In this document: positions 1 to 9,109 of the stretch, piece by piece
Numbering within the stretch: position 1 is the stretch's first letter
How the letters are laid out: each line of letters opens with the position of its first letter
Assembly: GCA_963774265.1 (NCBI GenBank)
Contig: CAVZDU010000001.1
Location: 1 to 64,000 of the forward strand
DNA: 64,000 bases
Direction: 5' to 3'
From: an uncultured Chloroflexia bacterium
Lineage (GTDB): Bacteria > Chloroflexota > Anaerolineae > CG2-30-64-16
Program-made: the position numbers and the translations under genes
The notes under the pieces: generated by a model
Told to the model about the DNA's origin: nothing
The model's input: the letters and a program-made list of their open reading frames with translations, nothing else
Database searches by the model: none

Positions 1-189
1 GGTTCGTCGCTCGACGCCGCACCGTTGCAGCCCGTGCTGCCGCAGGCGCCGACCGTGGCCGTGGCGCCTTCGCCGCGCGGCGAGGCCTTGCGTTCGAGCC
101 TGCTGAAAAAGCCGTTGGAACCCAACGCGCTCGGCGCCCCGCAGCCCGCCAAACTGCCGTTCCCGCCGCCACCGCCGCGGTTTCGCTAA
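1..189 (+). CDS. 3' end of a gene with a Pro-rich C-terminus (partial)
   Basis: Frame 1 is open from the window edge (GSSLDAAPLQPVLPQAP...PPPPPRFR) to TAA at 187-189, abutting the yggS stop. Confidence 0.5.
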   Translation, partial: GSSLDAAPLQPVLPQAPTVAVAPSPRGEALRSSLLKKPLEPNALGAPQPAKLPFPPPPPRFR

Positions 190-857
190 GCCCGCTCGCC
201 GAAAATCGCGCTGCCGACCCGTACATGGGTGGCGCCGAGCGCAATGGCGGTGGCGAAATCCGCGCTCATGCCCATCGACAGCAGCTTGAGGCCGTTGCGC
301 CGCGCGATCTTGGCGGTGAGCGCGAAATGCGGACCGGGCGCCTCGTCGAGCGGCGGAATGCACATCAGACCGGAAATCGTCAAGCCGTAGTTATCGCGGG
401 CAGCGGCAAGAAACGCGTCGGCGTCCTGCGGCAGCACGCCGGCCTTCTGCGGCTCGGCGCCGGTGTTGATCTCGGCGAACAGCAGCGGCGCGCGGCCCTG
501 CTTGGCGATCTCCTTGCCCAGCGCCTCGCACAGGCTGGGCCTGTCGACAGAATGAATGGCGTCGAACAGCGCCACCGCCTCCTTCGCCTTGTTCGATTGC
601 AGCGGGCCGATCAGATGCAGCGCGAGGCCGGCATGCTTGGCCATGAGCGGCGGCCATTTGGCCTTAGCTTCCTGCACGCGGTTCTCGCCGAACACGCGCT
701 GGCCGGCGGCAATCACCGGTTCGACGGCTTCGGGCGGAAACGTCTTCGACACCGCCACCAGCGTCACCTCGGCCGGATCACGCCAGGCATCCTTGCAGGC
801 GCGGGCGATTTCGGCGCGGACGGCGGCGAGGCCGAATGTGGTGGCTGTGGTGTTCAT
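186..857 (-). CDS. yggS: PLP homeostasis protein YggS
   Basis: LVAVSKT, FGENRVQE, HLIGPLQSNK, GLMCIPP, LSMGMSAD and VRVGSAIFG motifs; alphaproteobacterial-type sequence. Confidence 0.95.
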   Translation of the reverse strand: MNTTATTFGLAAVRAEIARACKDAWRDPAEVTLVAVSKTFPPEAVEPVIAAGQRVFGENRVQEAKAKWPPLMAKHAGLALHLIGPLQSNKAKEAVALFDAIHSVDRPSLCEALGKEIAKQGRAPLLFAEINTGAEPQKAGVLPQDADAFLAAARDNYGLTISGLMCIPPLDEAPGPHFALTAKIARRNGLKLLSMGMSADFATAIALGATHVRVGSAIFGERA

Positions 858-877
858 TCCACGCCCAATACCAGTTT

Positions 878-903
878 GTCATCGCCCGCGAAAGCGGGCG
901 ATC
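878..903. repeat. Palindromic intergenic repeat of Rhizobiales style
   Basis: GTCATCGCCCGC-GAAA-GCGGGCGATC; 9-bp perfect stem ATCGCCCGC/GCGGGCGAT with a GAAA loop. Confidence 0.6.
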
Positions 904-920
904 GAGAGTCTGCCACTTCG

Positions 921-2132
921 TCAACCGCGCGGCTCGACGCGAACGCCATCATGCACGCGGTCGCTCGGGTGCAGGATCACCTGCTCGCCCGGCTTGAGCC
1001 CGTCGAGGACCCGCGCGGCGTGCAGATTGCGTTCGCCGATTTTGACCAGGCGGCGCTGCGCGCGGCCGTCGGCGACCACGAATACCGCCCAATTGTCGCC
1101 CTGCGCGGAACAAGGCGCCCAGCGGAACCTGCAGGGCAGTCGTCGCTGTGCCACACCACGACGCGGGCGATGATCCGATAGCCGTGGCCGAGCTGTCGCC
1201 AGGCGTCGGCGGGTCCGGTGAAATCCAGGATCACCTTGACGCGCTGCTCCTCGATGCCGAGCGCGGAGACCTTGGTAAAGCCGGTCGGCTCGATCCGCTT
1301 GACGCGGGCGTGGAGCGTCGTGTCGCCGCCCCAGCTTTCGATGCGCGCCGGCGCGCCCGGCTTGATGCGCACGGCGTCGCGCGACAGGAAATCGACGACG
1401 ATTTCGAGATCGCGGGGATCGCCGAGTTCGACCAGCGGCGCGCCCGGCTGCACGACCTGTTCGCTTTCCGCGATGATCTTGAGGACTCGGCCGTCGATCG
1501 GCGAACGCACTTCGATGCAGCAGTTGGCCGAGCGCGCCGTTGGCTCGCCCGGCTGGATCATGTGCGCACGCGCGCTTTCCAGTTCGCGGCGGCGCACCTC
1601 CAGCGTGGCCACCGCGCTGGCGACGGCGGCTTCCGCCGAGGTGACGTCGAGCTTCGCCTTCTCCAGCGCGCGCGCGGAAATCGTACTGGCTGGCCGCCAG
1701 TTCCTCGGCGCGCCGCAGATCGCTTTGCGCGAATTCCAGTTGCGACTTCGCCTGCTTGATCTGGGCCTCCGCCAGGTCCACCGCCGCCTGCGCGGCCTGC
1801 ACCGCCGCCTCATTGACGCGCTGGGTACGGACATCGAGAAACGTCGGATCGGTCGGCTCGATTGATGGCGACCACCGTTTTTTGCGCCGTCACGTCGTCG
1901 CCGACCTCGCGCGGCGCGCGCAGCATCTTGCCGCCGATCGGCGCCGACACGGTATAGACCTCGCGGATGCGGGTGATGCCCTCGTCCTCGACCGTGACTT
2001 CGAGCGGACCGGTCGCGATCGCGGCGATGTCGACCGGCACCGGCTTCGGCCACAAGGCCCAGCCGATCAGGGCGACGATCCGCCAATCCGATCAGAGCTG
2101 CGACGATGCGCCGTCGCGGCCTTGCCGAACAC
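921..2132 (-). CDS. HlyD/efflux periplasmic adaptor subunit (frameshifted in this read)
   Basis: Pieces in three frames: GPLEVTVEDEGITRIREVYTVSAP, a coiled coil, VRSPIDGRVLKI...IEPTGFTKVSALGIEEQRV, WAVFVVADGRA...VILHPSDRV; GTG at 2132. Confidence 0.85.
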
Positions 2133-2136
2133 GATT

Positions 2137-4190
2137 CTACTCCCGCGTCTTGAGAACTTCGATGAGGTCGAGGCGATCGATGCGCCGGCGCACGATCAGC
2201 GCCGACACCAGCGCCGCCGACGAAGCACGATCACCGTCGCCCAGCCGTAGACCGAGCGCTCGACCACCAGCGGCACACGATAAAGTTCGCTTTCGAAGCC
2301 CTGCACCATGGCATAGGCGAAGCCGTAGCCGATCGCCCAGCCGAGCGGCTGCGCCAGCAGCGTCAGCACGGCCAGTTCGCTCAGCAGGATCGCCGAGACC
2401 TCGCCCTTGTGGAATCCGAGCACGCGCAGGCTCGCCAGTTCGCGGCCCTGCTCCGACAGCGAAATCCGCGCGAAATTATAGACGACGCCGAACGCGATGA
2501 TGATGCCGAGCGTACATAGATCGTGACCATGAAGAGAAGATTTTCCGCCAGGGTCTCGCGGAATTTCTTCAGCGACACACGTTGCAGCGCGATGAAATTC
2601 GCCACCGGCGTCGCCTTCAGCCGGCGGAACAGTTCATCCTGCCGGTCGGTGTCGTAAAGCAGATGCACGCCGCTGATCGAGCTGGCCTTCGCGCAGCAGC
2701 CGGTTGACCGCCGGCAGCGACATATAGGCCATCAGCCCGAGATAGCCTTGGATGATTCCGGTCACCGGCAGCCGCACCAGTGCGCCGGTCGCGTTCGAGC
2801 AGTTCGACCTCCACCAGGTCGCCGGCCTTGGCATTCAGGATGCGCGCCAGCGCGTCGCTCAGCGCGATGCCGCTTTCCGGCAGCAGCACCGGCGCGAAGC
2901 CTTCGCCGAGCACGCGGCTCAGATCGGCGGCCGGCGGCTTGCCGGTGATGGCGATGCGGCGCTCGACATGGCCGTGACGAATGTCGACCGGCACCGACCG
3001 GTAGGGCTCGGCCGCCATCACGCCCGGCAAGGCGGTGACATCGAACAGCGCCGACAGCGGCCGCTCGCGCACAAAGCTGATGGTGGCTTGCTGTCGGTCG
3101 GCGCGATTGATAGGTCACGTCGATCATGAATTCGGTGGCGCCGAACACCCACAAGGAGCCGACCAGAACCGACGACCGCCAGCGCGATGCCGATCATGCT
3201 GCTCACCGAACGCAGCGGCCAGCGCATCAGATGGCGCGCCACCATCACCAGCGACTGCGGAATTTTGAGGACGCATAGAGCGCCTCCGGCAGCAGGCGGC
3301 GGTAGATCGCCGGCGCCGGCGGCGACATCGCCACCGCCGGCGGCAGCGTCACGACGTCGCGCACCGCCTTCAGCGCGCCGACCGCCGCGGCCGCCAGCGT
3401 GACACCGGCCGCGATCACATAGACCGCGGTATCGATACGGAATACCAGGAACGGAAAGCGGTAGAACTCGGCATAAAGCCGCGTCAGGCCGAAGCCGAGC
3501 CAGGTGCCGGCCGCCAGTCCGATCACGGTGCCGACGCAGCCGATCGCCAGCGCGAATTGCAGATAATGCAGCCCGACCGCCGCGTTGCTGTAGCCAAGCG
3601 CCTTCAGCAGACCGATCTGTTCGCGCTCAAGCATGATCAGCCGCGACAGCGTCATGTTCACCAGGAACGCCGCCACCAGCAGAAATACCGGCGGAAGGAT
3701 GCGGCTGATCGCCTGCAACTGCTTGAGCTCGGCATCGAGAAACGCGTGCGAGGTCTGGTCGCGCCGCCCATAAGCGCCGAGCCCGCCGTAGCGCGTCAGC
3801 AGCGCATCGAGCCGTTCGATGACTGCGGCTTCGGAAGCCTCGCGCGTCAGCTTGAGATGCACGCTGGAGAAGGCGCCGGTGAGATCGTAGGCGGCGGCGA
3901 GCGCCTTCTCGCGCATCCACACGATGCCGAAGCGGCGGTCGTCTGGCATCAGGTCATAGGGTCCGAGCGTATAGATGAATTCCGGCGACAGGGCCGTGCC
4001 GACGATGCGCAACGTGCGCTTGCGGCCGTTGAGAATGGCGTCGAATTGCGCGCCGATGCCGAAGCCTGTGCGCCTGGGCGAACGGCTCGCTGACGACGAC
4101 CTCCTGCTCGTCGCGCGAGCAGCGGCAGCCGGCCGCTGCGCAGATGCAGGAGATTGAGCGTCTGCTCGCCGAAATCGGGAATCGATACTT
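2137..4190 (-). CDS. FtsX-like ABC transporter permease, 5'-truncated at the junction and frameshifted
   Basis: GRLP, IVGTALSPEFIY, EREQIGLLKALGYS, RELASLRVLGF and C-terminal VLKTRE*; the N-terminal part is missing. Confidence 0.85.
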
Positions 4191-4233
4191 GGATGGGGGC
4201 AGGAGGCGCCACTGGTAATGTGGGAGCGTTCAT
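4186..4233 (-). other. First ~15 codons of the gene following metV (probably metF), cut by the junction
   Basis: AAGGAGG RBS, then ATG at 4233 overlapping the metV stop (ATGA); MNAPTLPVAPPAPIQ then switches to permease sequence. Confidence 0.5.
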
Positions 4234-4799
4234 TGGGCCTCCTTTTTCGCGCCAGATTCGCCCGCCTGTTGTAGAGACGTTGCATGCAACGTCTCTACAG
4301 TCGTTGGCCGAAGAGCTTCGGTCGCATAGCGAATCTCGGTATCGACACCGGTCGTAATTTTATCGCGGCCCAACGAGTACGTGACCCACGACGCCTGGCC
4401 CTTGAGCCGGATATCGACCGGCGGGTTCAGACGGTAGATTTCGTTCCCGTACGGCGTCTTCTTGGATCGCTCGACCGCCTTCACCCACACGCAATCCATC
4501 TCGGGCTTAACCTCGCACTTGCCGTTCAGGCGGACGCCGCCGCATGGCCCGTTGCGCAAGGTCTTGGGGCAGTTCATCGGGCAGGTCATGCCCGAATAGT
4601 GCAGCACGCACTGCGCGCAATCCTGGCAGTTGAAGAGCGCGCCCTTGATGAGCTCCTCGGGCACCTTGACGATCTTGGACGAGGTCTCCATGCCAAGCTT
4701 GGCGAAGACCGGTCGCATCAGGCGCAGAACGAAGGCGCTGGCTTCCCACGACCACACCAGGGGCGCAGGATGGTCTTGGATAAATGAACGTAAAGACAT
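4230..4799 (-). CDS. metV: Methylene-THF reductase accessory subunit MetV (MTHFR C-terminal-like Cys-rich domain)
   Basis: CQDCAQCVL...TCPMNCPKTLRNGPCGGV..GKCEV..DCVW motif; lies in the Wood-Ljungdahl cluster. Confidence 0.85.
   Translation of the reverse strand: MSLRSFIQDHPAPLVWSWEASAFVLRLMRPVFAKLGMETSSKIVKVPEELIKGALFNCQDCAQCVLHYSGMTCPMNCPKTLRNGPCGGVRLNGKCEVKPEMDCVWVKAVERSKKTPYGNEIYRLNPPVDIRLKGQASWVTYSLGRDKITTGVDTEIRYATEALRPTTVETLHATSLQQAGESGAKKEAQ
4270..4299. repeat. GTAG-type REP-like perfect palindrome inside the metV 3' end
   Basis: TGTAGAGACGTTGCATGCAACGTCTCTACA is a 30-bp perfect palindrome. Confidence 0.8.
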
Positions 4800-4803
4800 T
4801 CTC

Positions 4804-5688
4804 TTACTCCATCCCGTGCTGCAGCTTGAATGCGCGCACTGTATTCGTCAGGAGCATCGCGACCGTCATGAGTCCCACCCCTCCAGGCACAGGCGTGATC
4901 CAGCCGGCGACTTCGACTGCCTCAGCGAAGTTGACGTCGCCCACCAGGCGGAATCCGCTCTTCTTGGTCGCGTCAGGGATACGGTTGATGCCCACATCAA
5001 TCACCGCCGCGCCGGGCTTGAGCCAGTCTCCCCGCACATACTCCGGCCGCCCGATGGCCGCCACGACGATATCAGCGCGGCGCACTTTGCCGGGGAGATC
5101 CTTGGTCTTGCTGTGACAGGTCGTCACCGTGGCATCGGCATTCTGCAACAGGGCCGCCACCGGGACGCCGACGATGTTGCTCCGGCCGACGACCACCGCG
5201 TCCTTCCCGGCGATCTCAATGCCAGAGCGGACCAACATCTCAATACAGCCTGCGGGGGTGCAGGGGATGAACTGCGGTTTGCGGCCCTTCATCACGAGTT
5301 GGCCGATGTTCATCGGGTGGAAGCCGTCGACGTCCTTATTCAAGCTGATGAGGTTGAGCACCGCCTCCTCGTCTAGCCCCTTGGGCAGCGGCAACTGCAC
5401 CAGGATGCCGTTCACCGCGGGATCGGCATTGAGGCTGCGCACCAGGTCTTCGACCTCAGCTTGCGTGGCGGTGGCCGGCAGGCGATGGGTGATCGAATCC
5501 ATGCCGGCCTCTTCGCACGCTTTACCCTTGGATGCAACATAGCTCTGCGAAGCCGGGTTGTCGCCGACTAACACGACCACCAGGGTGGGGCACTGGCCGG
5601 TCTGCGCCTTCAGCTTCGCCGTCTCCTCCGCCGCCTCTCGGCGCACCGCTTCAGCGACGACCTTACCGTCGATTAGTTGGGCTGACAT
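4804..5688 (-). CDS. folD: Bifunctional methylene-THF dehydrogenase/cyclohydrolase
   Basis: IDGK, YVASK, GILVQLPLP, KDVDGFHP, PCTPAG, VGRSNIVG and TPVPGGVG; GGAGG RBS before ATG 5688. Confidence 0.96.
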   Translation of the reverse strand: MSAQLIDGKVVAEAVRREAAEETAKLKAQTGQCPTLVVVLVGDNPASQSYVASKGKACEEAGMDSITHRLPATATQAEVEDLVRSLNADPAVNGILVQLPLPKGLDEEAVLNLISLNKDVDGFHPMNIGQLVMKGRKPQFIPCTPAGCIEMLVRSGIEIAGKDAVVVGRSNIVGVPVAALLQNADATVTTCHSKTKDLPGKVRRADIVVAAIGRPEYVRGDWLKPGAAVIDVGINRIPDATKKSGFRLVGDVNFAEAVEVAGWITPVPGGVGLMTVAMLLTNTVRAFKLQHGME

Positions 5689-5758
5689 GCGTCCTCCGTG
5701 TAAAATGCTGCGTGATGCGTCCCGCCGGGATGCTTCGCGCTCGTGTATGTCTTCAAGC

Positions 5759-6670
5759 TCAGCAATTCTCACACTTCAATAAGTATTCGTAGGCCGCGAG
5801 CGCGGCCTTCGCGCCTTCGCCGATGGCGATCACGACCTGCTCCGCGGGCAACTGGGTCACGTCGCCGGCCGCATACAGGCCGGGCACGCCGGTCTCCGCA
5901 CCGCAAGAGACCAGCACGTGGCCCGCCTCATCGATATCGGCCAGCCCCCGGACCAGCTCGCTGTGCGGTTTCAAGCCCAGCTCGACGAAGATGACATCCA
6001 CATCGAGCGTGCGCTCCTCACCGAGGGGGGAGCGGACGATCAGCCGGCGGGCGAAGGTATCGCCTTCAACTGCAACCGGCGCCCAGTTCTCCAACAGCTC
6101 CACATGCGCCGCACTGGCAACCCGGCGCCCTACGGGTGAATCGAGCTCACCGTGGCTGGCCGCAATCAGGTAGAGCTTCTTCACGATCTGCGCCAGTTCG
6201 GCCGCTCCGCGCAGGGCCATCGGCCCCGAGCCGATCAACGCGACCGTCTTATCGATGTACAGCGGCGCATAGCTCACCGTCGAATAGGACACGCCCTTCA
6301 AGAAGTAGTGGTCCGCCCCCGGCACAGTGAGCCGCACCGCGTCCGCACCGGTTGCCAGGATGACCGCGCGCGCCTCCAGGCATTGACCGTCGGCCAGCGT
6401 CACCGCAAACGAGTCGCCCCTCTTCTCCAGGTTCGTCACCTTCTGAAGGATGCGCGCAAAATCCAGGTACTCGATCTCATTGCGGAAACGGCGCACCAGA
6501 TCCGCGCCGTTAATCACGTTGAACGTGTCAATCCCCTCAATTTGCATCCGGGCATTGGCTTTGCCACCCAGGTCCGGGCTGATGAGGAGGCAGTTGAGCC
6601 GTTTGCGGATCGCATAGACGGCTGCGGTCAGGCCCGCCGGGCCACCGCCAATGATGATCAGGTCGATCAT
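5759..6670 (-). CDS. Thioredoxin-reductase-like FAD-dependent oxidoreductase lacking the canonical CxxC
   Basis: IIGGGPAGLTAA, ILATGA and GLYAAGDVT...QVVIAIGEG; GVSYSTVSY where TrxB has GVSYCATCD. Confidence 0.85.
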   Translation of the reverse strand: MIDLIIIGGGPAGLTAAVYAIRKRLNCLLISPDLGGKANARMQIEGIDTFNVINGADLVRRFRNEIEYLDFARILQKVTNLEKRGDSFAVTLADGQCLEARAVILATGADAVRLTVPGADHYFLKGVSYSTVSYAPLYIDKTVALIGSGPMALRGAAELAQIVKKLYLIAASHGELDSPVGRRVASAAHVELLENWAPVAVEGDTFARRLIVRSPLGEERTLDVDVIFVELGLKPHSELVRGLADIDEAGHVLVSCGAETGVPGLYAAGDVTQLPAEQVVIAIGEGAKAALAAYEYLLKCENC

Positions 6671-6680
6671 GTGATCCTCC

Positions 6681-8060
6681 TTAACCTTCAGGCGGCTCGG
6701 GGATCAACCCCGTTTCCATCATCACCTCGGTAATCCTCCGCGAGCGCAGGATCATCTCGGCCGCGTGCTTGAAAAGATCATCCTCCGCTACGGTCAGCCG
6801 CGCGATGCCCTGCTCCTGGGCCTTCATGCCGACCGCGACGGCCTCCTTGGCGTACACTTCCCATTCGACCATAGTTGGCAGGATGCAGTCTGGATCCATG
6901 CCGCCGTCAGGAGCGGCGTCAGCCAGCGCATAGGCGGCGGCCAGGCACATCTCATCGGTGATCGTTTTCGCGCGCACATCCAGCGCGCCGCGGAAGATGC
7001 CCGGAAAACCCAGCGAGTTGTTCACCTGGTTCGGAAAGTCTGACCGGCCGGTGGCCACAATCCTGGCCCCCGCGGCCTGAGCCTCCCAGGGCCAGATTTC
7101 CGGCACAGGGTTGGCGCACGCCATCAGGATCGCATCCTCAGCCATCGTGCTCACCCATTCGGGCAGGATCGTACCCGGGCCGGGCTTGCTCAACGCAATA
7201 CAGACATCCGCGCCAACCAACGCTTCGGGGATGTTTCCGGTCCGTCCCTCCGCGTTCGTGATCCCGCACAGCCGCCACTTGTCAACGTACTCGGCGCGGC
7301 GCATGAAGATGTCCTGCCGCTTATCATGCAGGATGCCCTGGCTGTCAACCACCCGGCACTTCGCGGGGTCGACGCCCGCCTTGAAGCAGATGCGGGTGAT
7401 CGCGACGTTCGCTGCCCCGGAGCCGAGAAAGACGATCTTCGCCTCGTTAATCGGCTTGCCGACGATCTTGAGCGCATTGACCAGGCCCGCGACGGTGACG
7501 CACGCGGTGCCCTGCTGGTCGTCATGCCAGATGGGGATCTCGGCCTTCTCGCGCAAGGTGTCGAGGATGCGGAAGCACTTAGGTTGCGACAGGTCCTCAA
7601 GGTTAACGCCGCCAAACGCAGGTTGAAGCAGTTGGACGGTGTGGATGATCTCGTCGGGGTCCTTGGTGTCCAGCATGATCGGGACTGCGTCGACGCCGCC
7701 CAGCCACTTGAAGAGCAGCGCCTTGCCCTCCATGACCGGAAGGCCTGCCTTCGGGCCGATGTCGCCCAGCCCGAGCACGCGCGTGCCATCGGAAATAACG
7801 GCCACCGTATTCCACTTGTTGGTGTACTCGTAGACCAGCTCGGGGTCTTTTTCGATGGCCCGGCAAGGGGCCGCGACCCCGGGCGTGTACCAGATGGCGA
7901 AATCGTTAATCGATCGAATGCAGCCTTTGGGGACGCTCTCGATCTTGCCGCGATAATAGCGGTGCAGGCGCATGGCGTCTGCCGAGGGCTTCTGGGCCCT
8001 CGCCAGGAGTGCTTGAATGTCCGGAGGTTCGTGCGGCCGGGCTTCCTTGACCTTCGTCAT
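6681..8060 (-). CDS. NAD(P)-dependent malic enzyme
   Basis: YTPGVA, SDGTRVLGLGDIG, PVMEGKALLFK, NLED, HDDQQGTA, ANPVPEI and ATGRSDFPNQVNN. Confidence 0.93.
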   Translation of the reverse strand: MTKVKEARPHEPPDIQALLARAQKPSADAMRLHRYYRGKIESVPKGCIRSINDFAIWYTPGVAAPCRAIEKDPELVYEYTNKWNTVAVISDGTRVLGLGDIGPKAGLPVMEGKALLFKWLGGVDAVPIMLDTKDPDEIIHTVQLLQPAFGGVNLEDLSQPKCFRILDTLREKAEIPIWHDDQQGTACVTVAGLVNALKIVGKPINEAKIVFLGSGAANVAITRICFKAGVDPAKCRVVDSQGILHDKRQDIFMRRAEYVDKWRLCGITNAEGRTGNIPEALVGADVCIALSKPGPGTILPEWVSTMAEDAILMACANPVPEIWPWEAQAAGARIVATGRSDFPNQVNNSLGFPGIFRGALDVRAKTITDEMCLAAAYALADAAPDGGMDPDCILPTMVEWEVYAKEAVAVGMKAQEQGIARLTVAEDDLFKHAAEMILRSRRITEVMMETGLIPEPPEG

Positions 8061-8086
8061 GGCGCGCCTCCTTGCGCTACGTCACG

Positions 8087-8120
8087 CGCGTAGGGGCGAC
8101 CGGTCGGTCGCCCCTACGCG
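8087..8120. repeat. GTAG-type REP-like palindrome
   Basis: CGCGTAGGGGCGACCG-GT-CGGTCGCCCCTACGCG with 16-bp perfect arms, between acsE and the malic enzyme gene. Confidence 0.8.
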
Positions 8121-8129
8121 ACGCACATC

Positions 8130-9042
8130 CTACACCCGTAGATACGAATCCGCGTAAATGACCTTGTTGAGCAAGATGCTGGACAGTCTTCCAGATGGCC
8201 ACCTGCTGCGGATCGGAGAAGTCAACCGCATCTGCGGAGAGCTCCTCGCTGGCGGCCACCGCATCATAGAGGGCAAGCAACAGCCGACCTTGTGCGGTGC
8301 TGTCATCCCGTTGTTCGACGATGCGGATGAACTCGTTCTGCTTCTGATCCAGCGGATCCGCGATCATCGTGTTCAGGCCTGCGCCCATCAGCATGACGCA
8401 GTAAACGCGGTTGATCAACGGCCGCATCTCGTTGGGCACCGCGTTCGAGACGTTGCTGAGACCCACCTGCACCCCCGCACCGGTCACCTGCAGGGTGCGC
8501 ACTGCTTCGATGCATTCGGGCACGTACTGTTGGCAGCCGCTGACGGTCAACACCAACGGATCAATGATGAGATCCTCCAGGGGCAGGCCGACCTCTTCAC
8601 AGCGCGGGATCAGTTGCTCGAGCGCAATGTTGACACGCTCGTCCGCACTGACCGGGATACCTTCCGACCGCATCGTCAGTGCGATCAGCTTGGTCTTGTG
8701 CTTCGCAGCCACCAACGGCACCATCGCCAGGCGCTCCGGCTCGGCCGAGGTGGAGTTGATGATGGGCTGCCGCCTGATAACCTCGCAAGCCGCCTCGATC
8801 GCGGCCAGGTTGGTCGTGTCCAGGCAGAGCGGCACGTCCACGACCTCCTGCACGGCGTTCACCATCCAGGGCAGGATCTCGTGGCCAAGTTTCTTCTGCG
8901 GGCCGACGTTCAAATCCACAGCCCATGCACCCGCCTCAACCTGGCGCAATGCGGCTTCCTGGAAGAATTGCTTGTCCCGAGCGGCAAGGGCTTCCTTGAC
9001 CTTGGGGGACATGATATGGATATTCTCGCCGATAATACGCAT
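8130..9042 (-). CDS. acsE: Methyl-THF:corrinoid Fe-S protein methyltransferase (pterin-binding TIM barrel); frameshift near the 3' end
   Basis: MRIIGENIHIM, DLNVGP, PLCLDTTN, IINST, IDPLVL and GLSNVSN; the natural end ILLNKVIYADSYLRV* is in another frame. Confidence 0.88.
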
Positions 9043-9067
9043 CGAACTTCCTCCTCTGGTGTTGCCA

Positions 9068-9088
9068 TCCCCGGCGGTTCGCCGGGGA
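9068..9088. repeat. Intergenic GC-rich hairpin
   Basis: TCCCCGGCG-GTT-CGCCGGGGA, with no U-tract. Confidence 0.5.
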
Positions 9089-9109
9089 CAGATGGGTAAC
9101 TGTTTCGGA

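Noticed and set aside
3245-4285. 346-aa ORF as a genuine novel fusion protein
   Set aside because: Its N-terminus is out-of-frame metV and junction sequence joined to the permease; an artefact of the junction and frameshifts.
8130-9042. Dihydropteroate synthase
   Set aside because: Same fold, but the IGENI and GLSNVS motifs and the acs context indicate AcsE.
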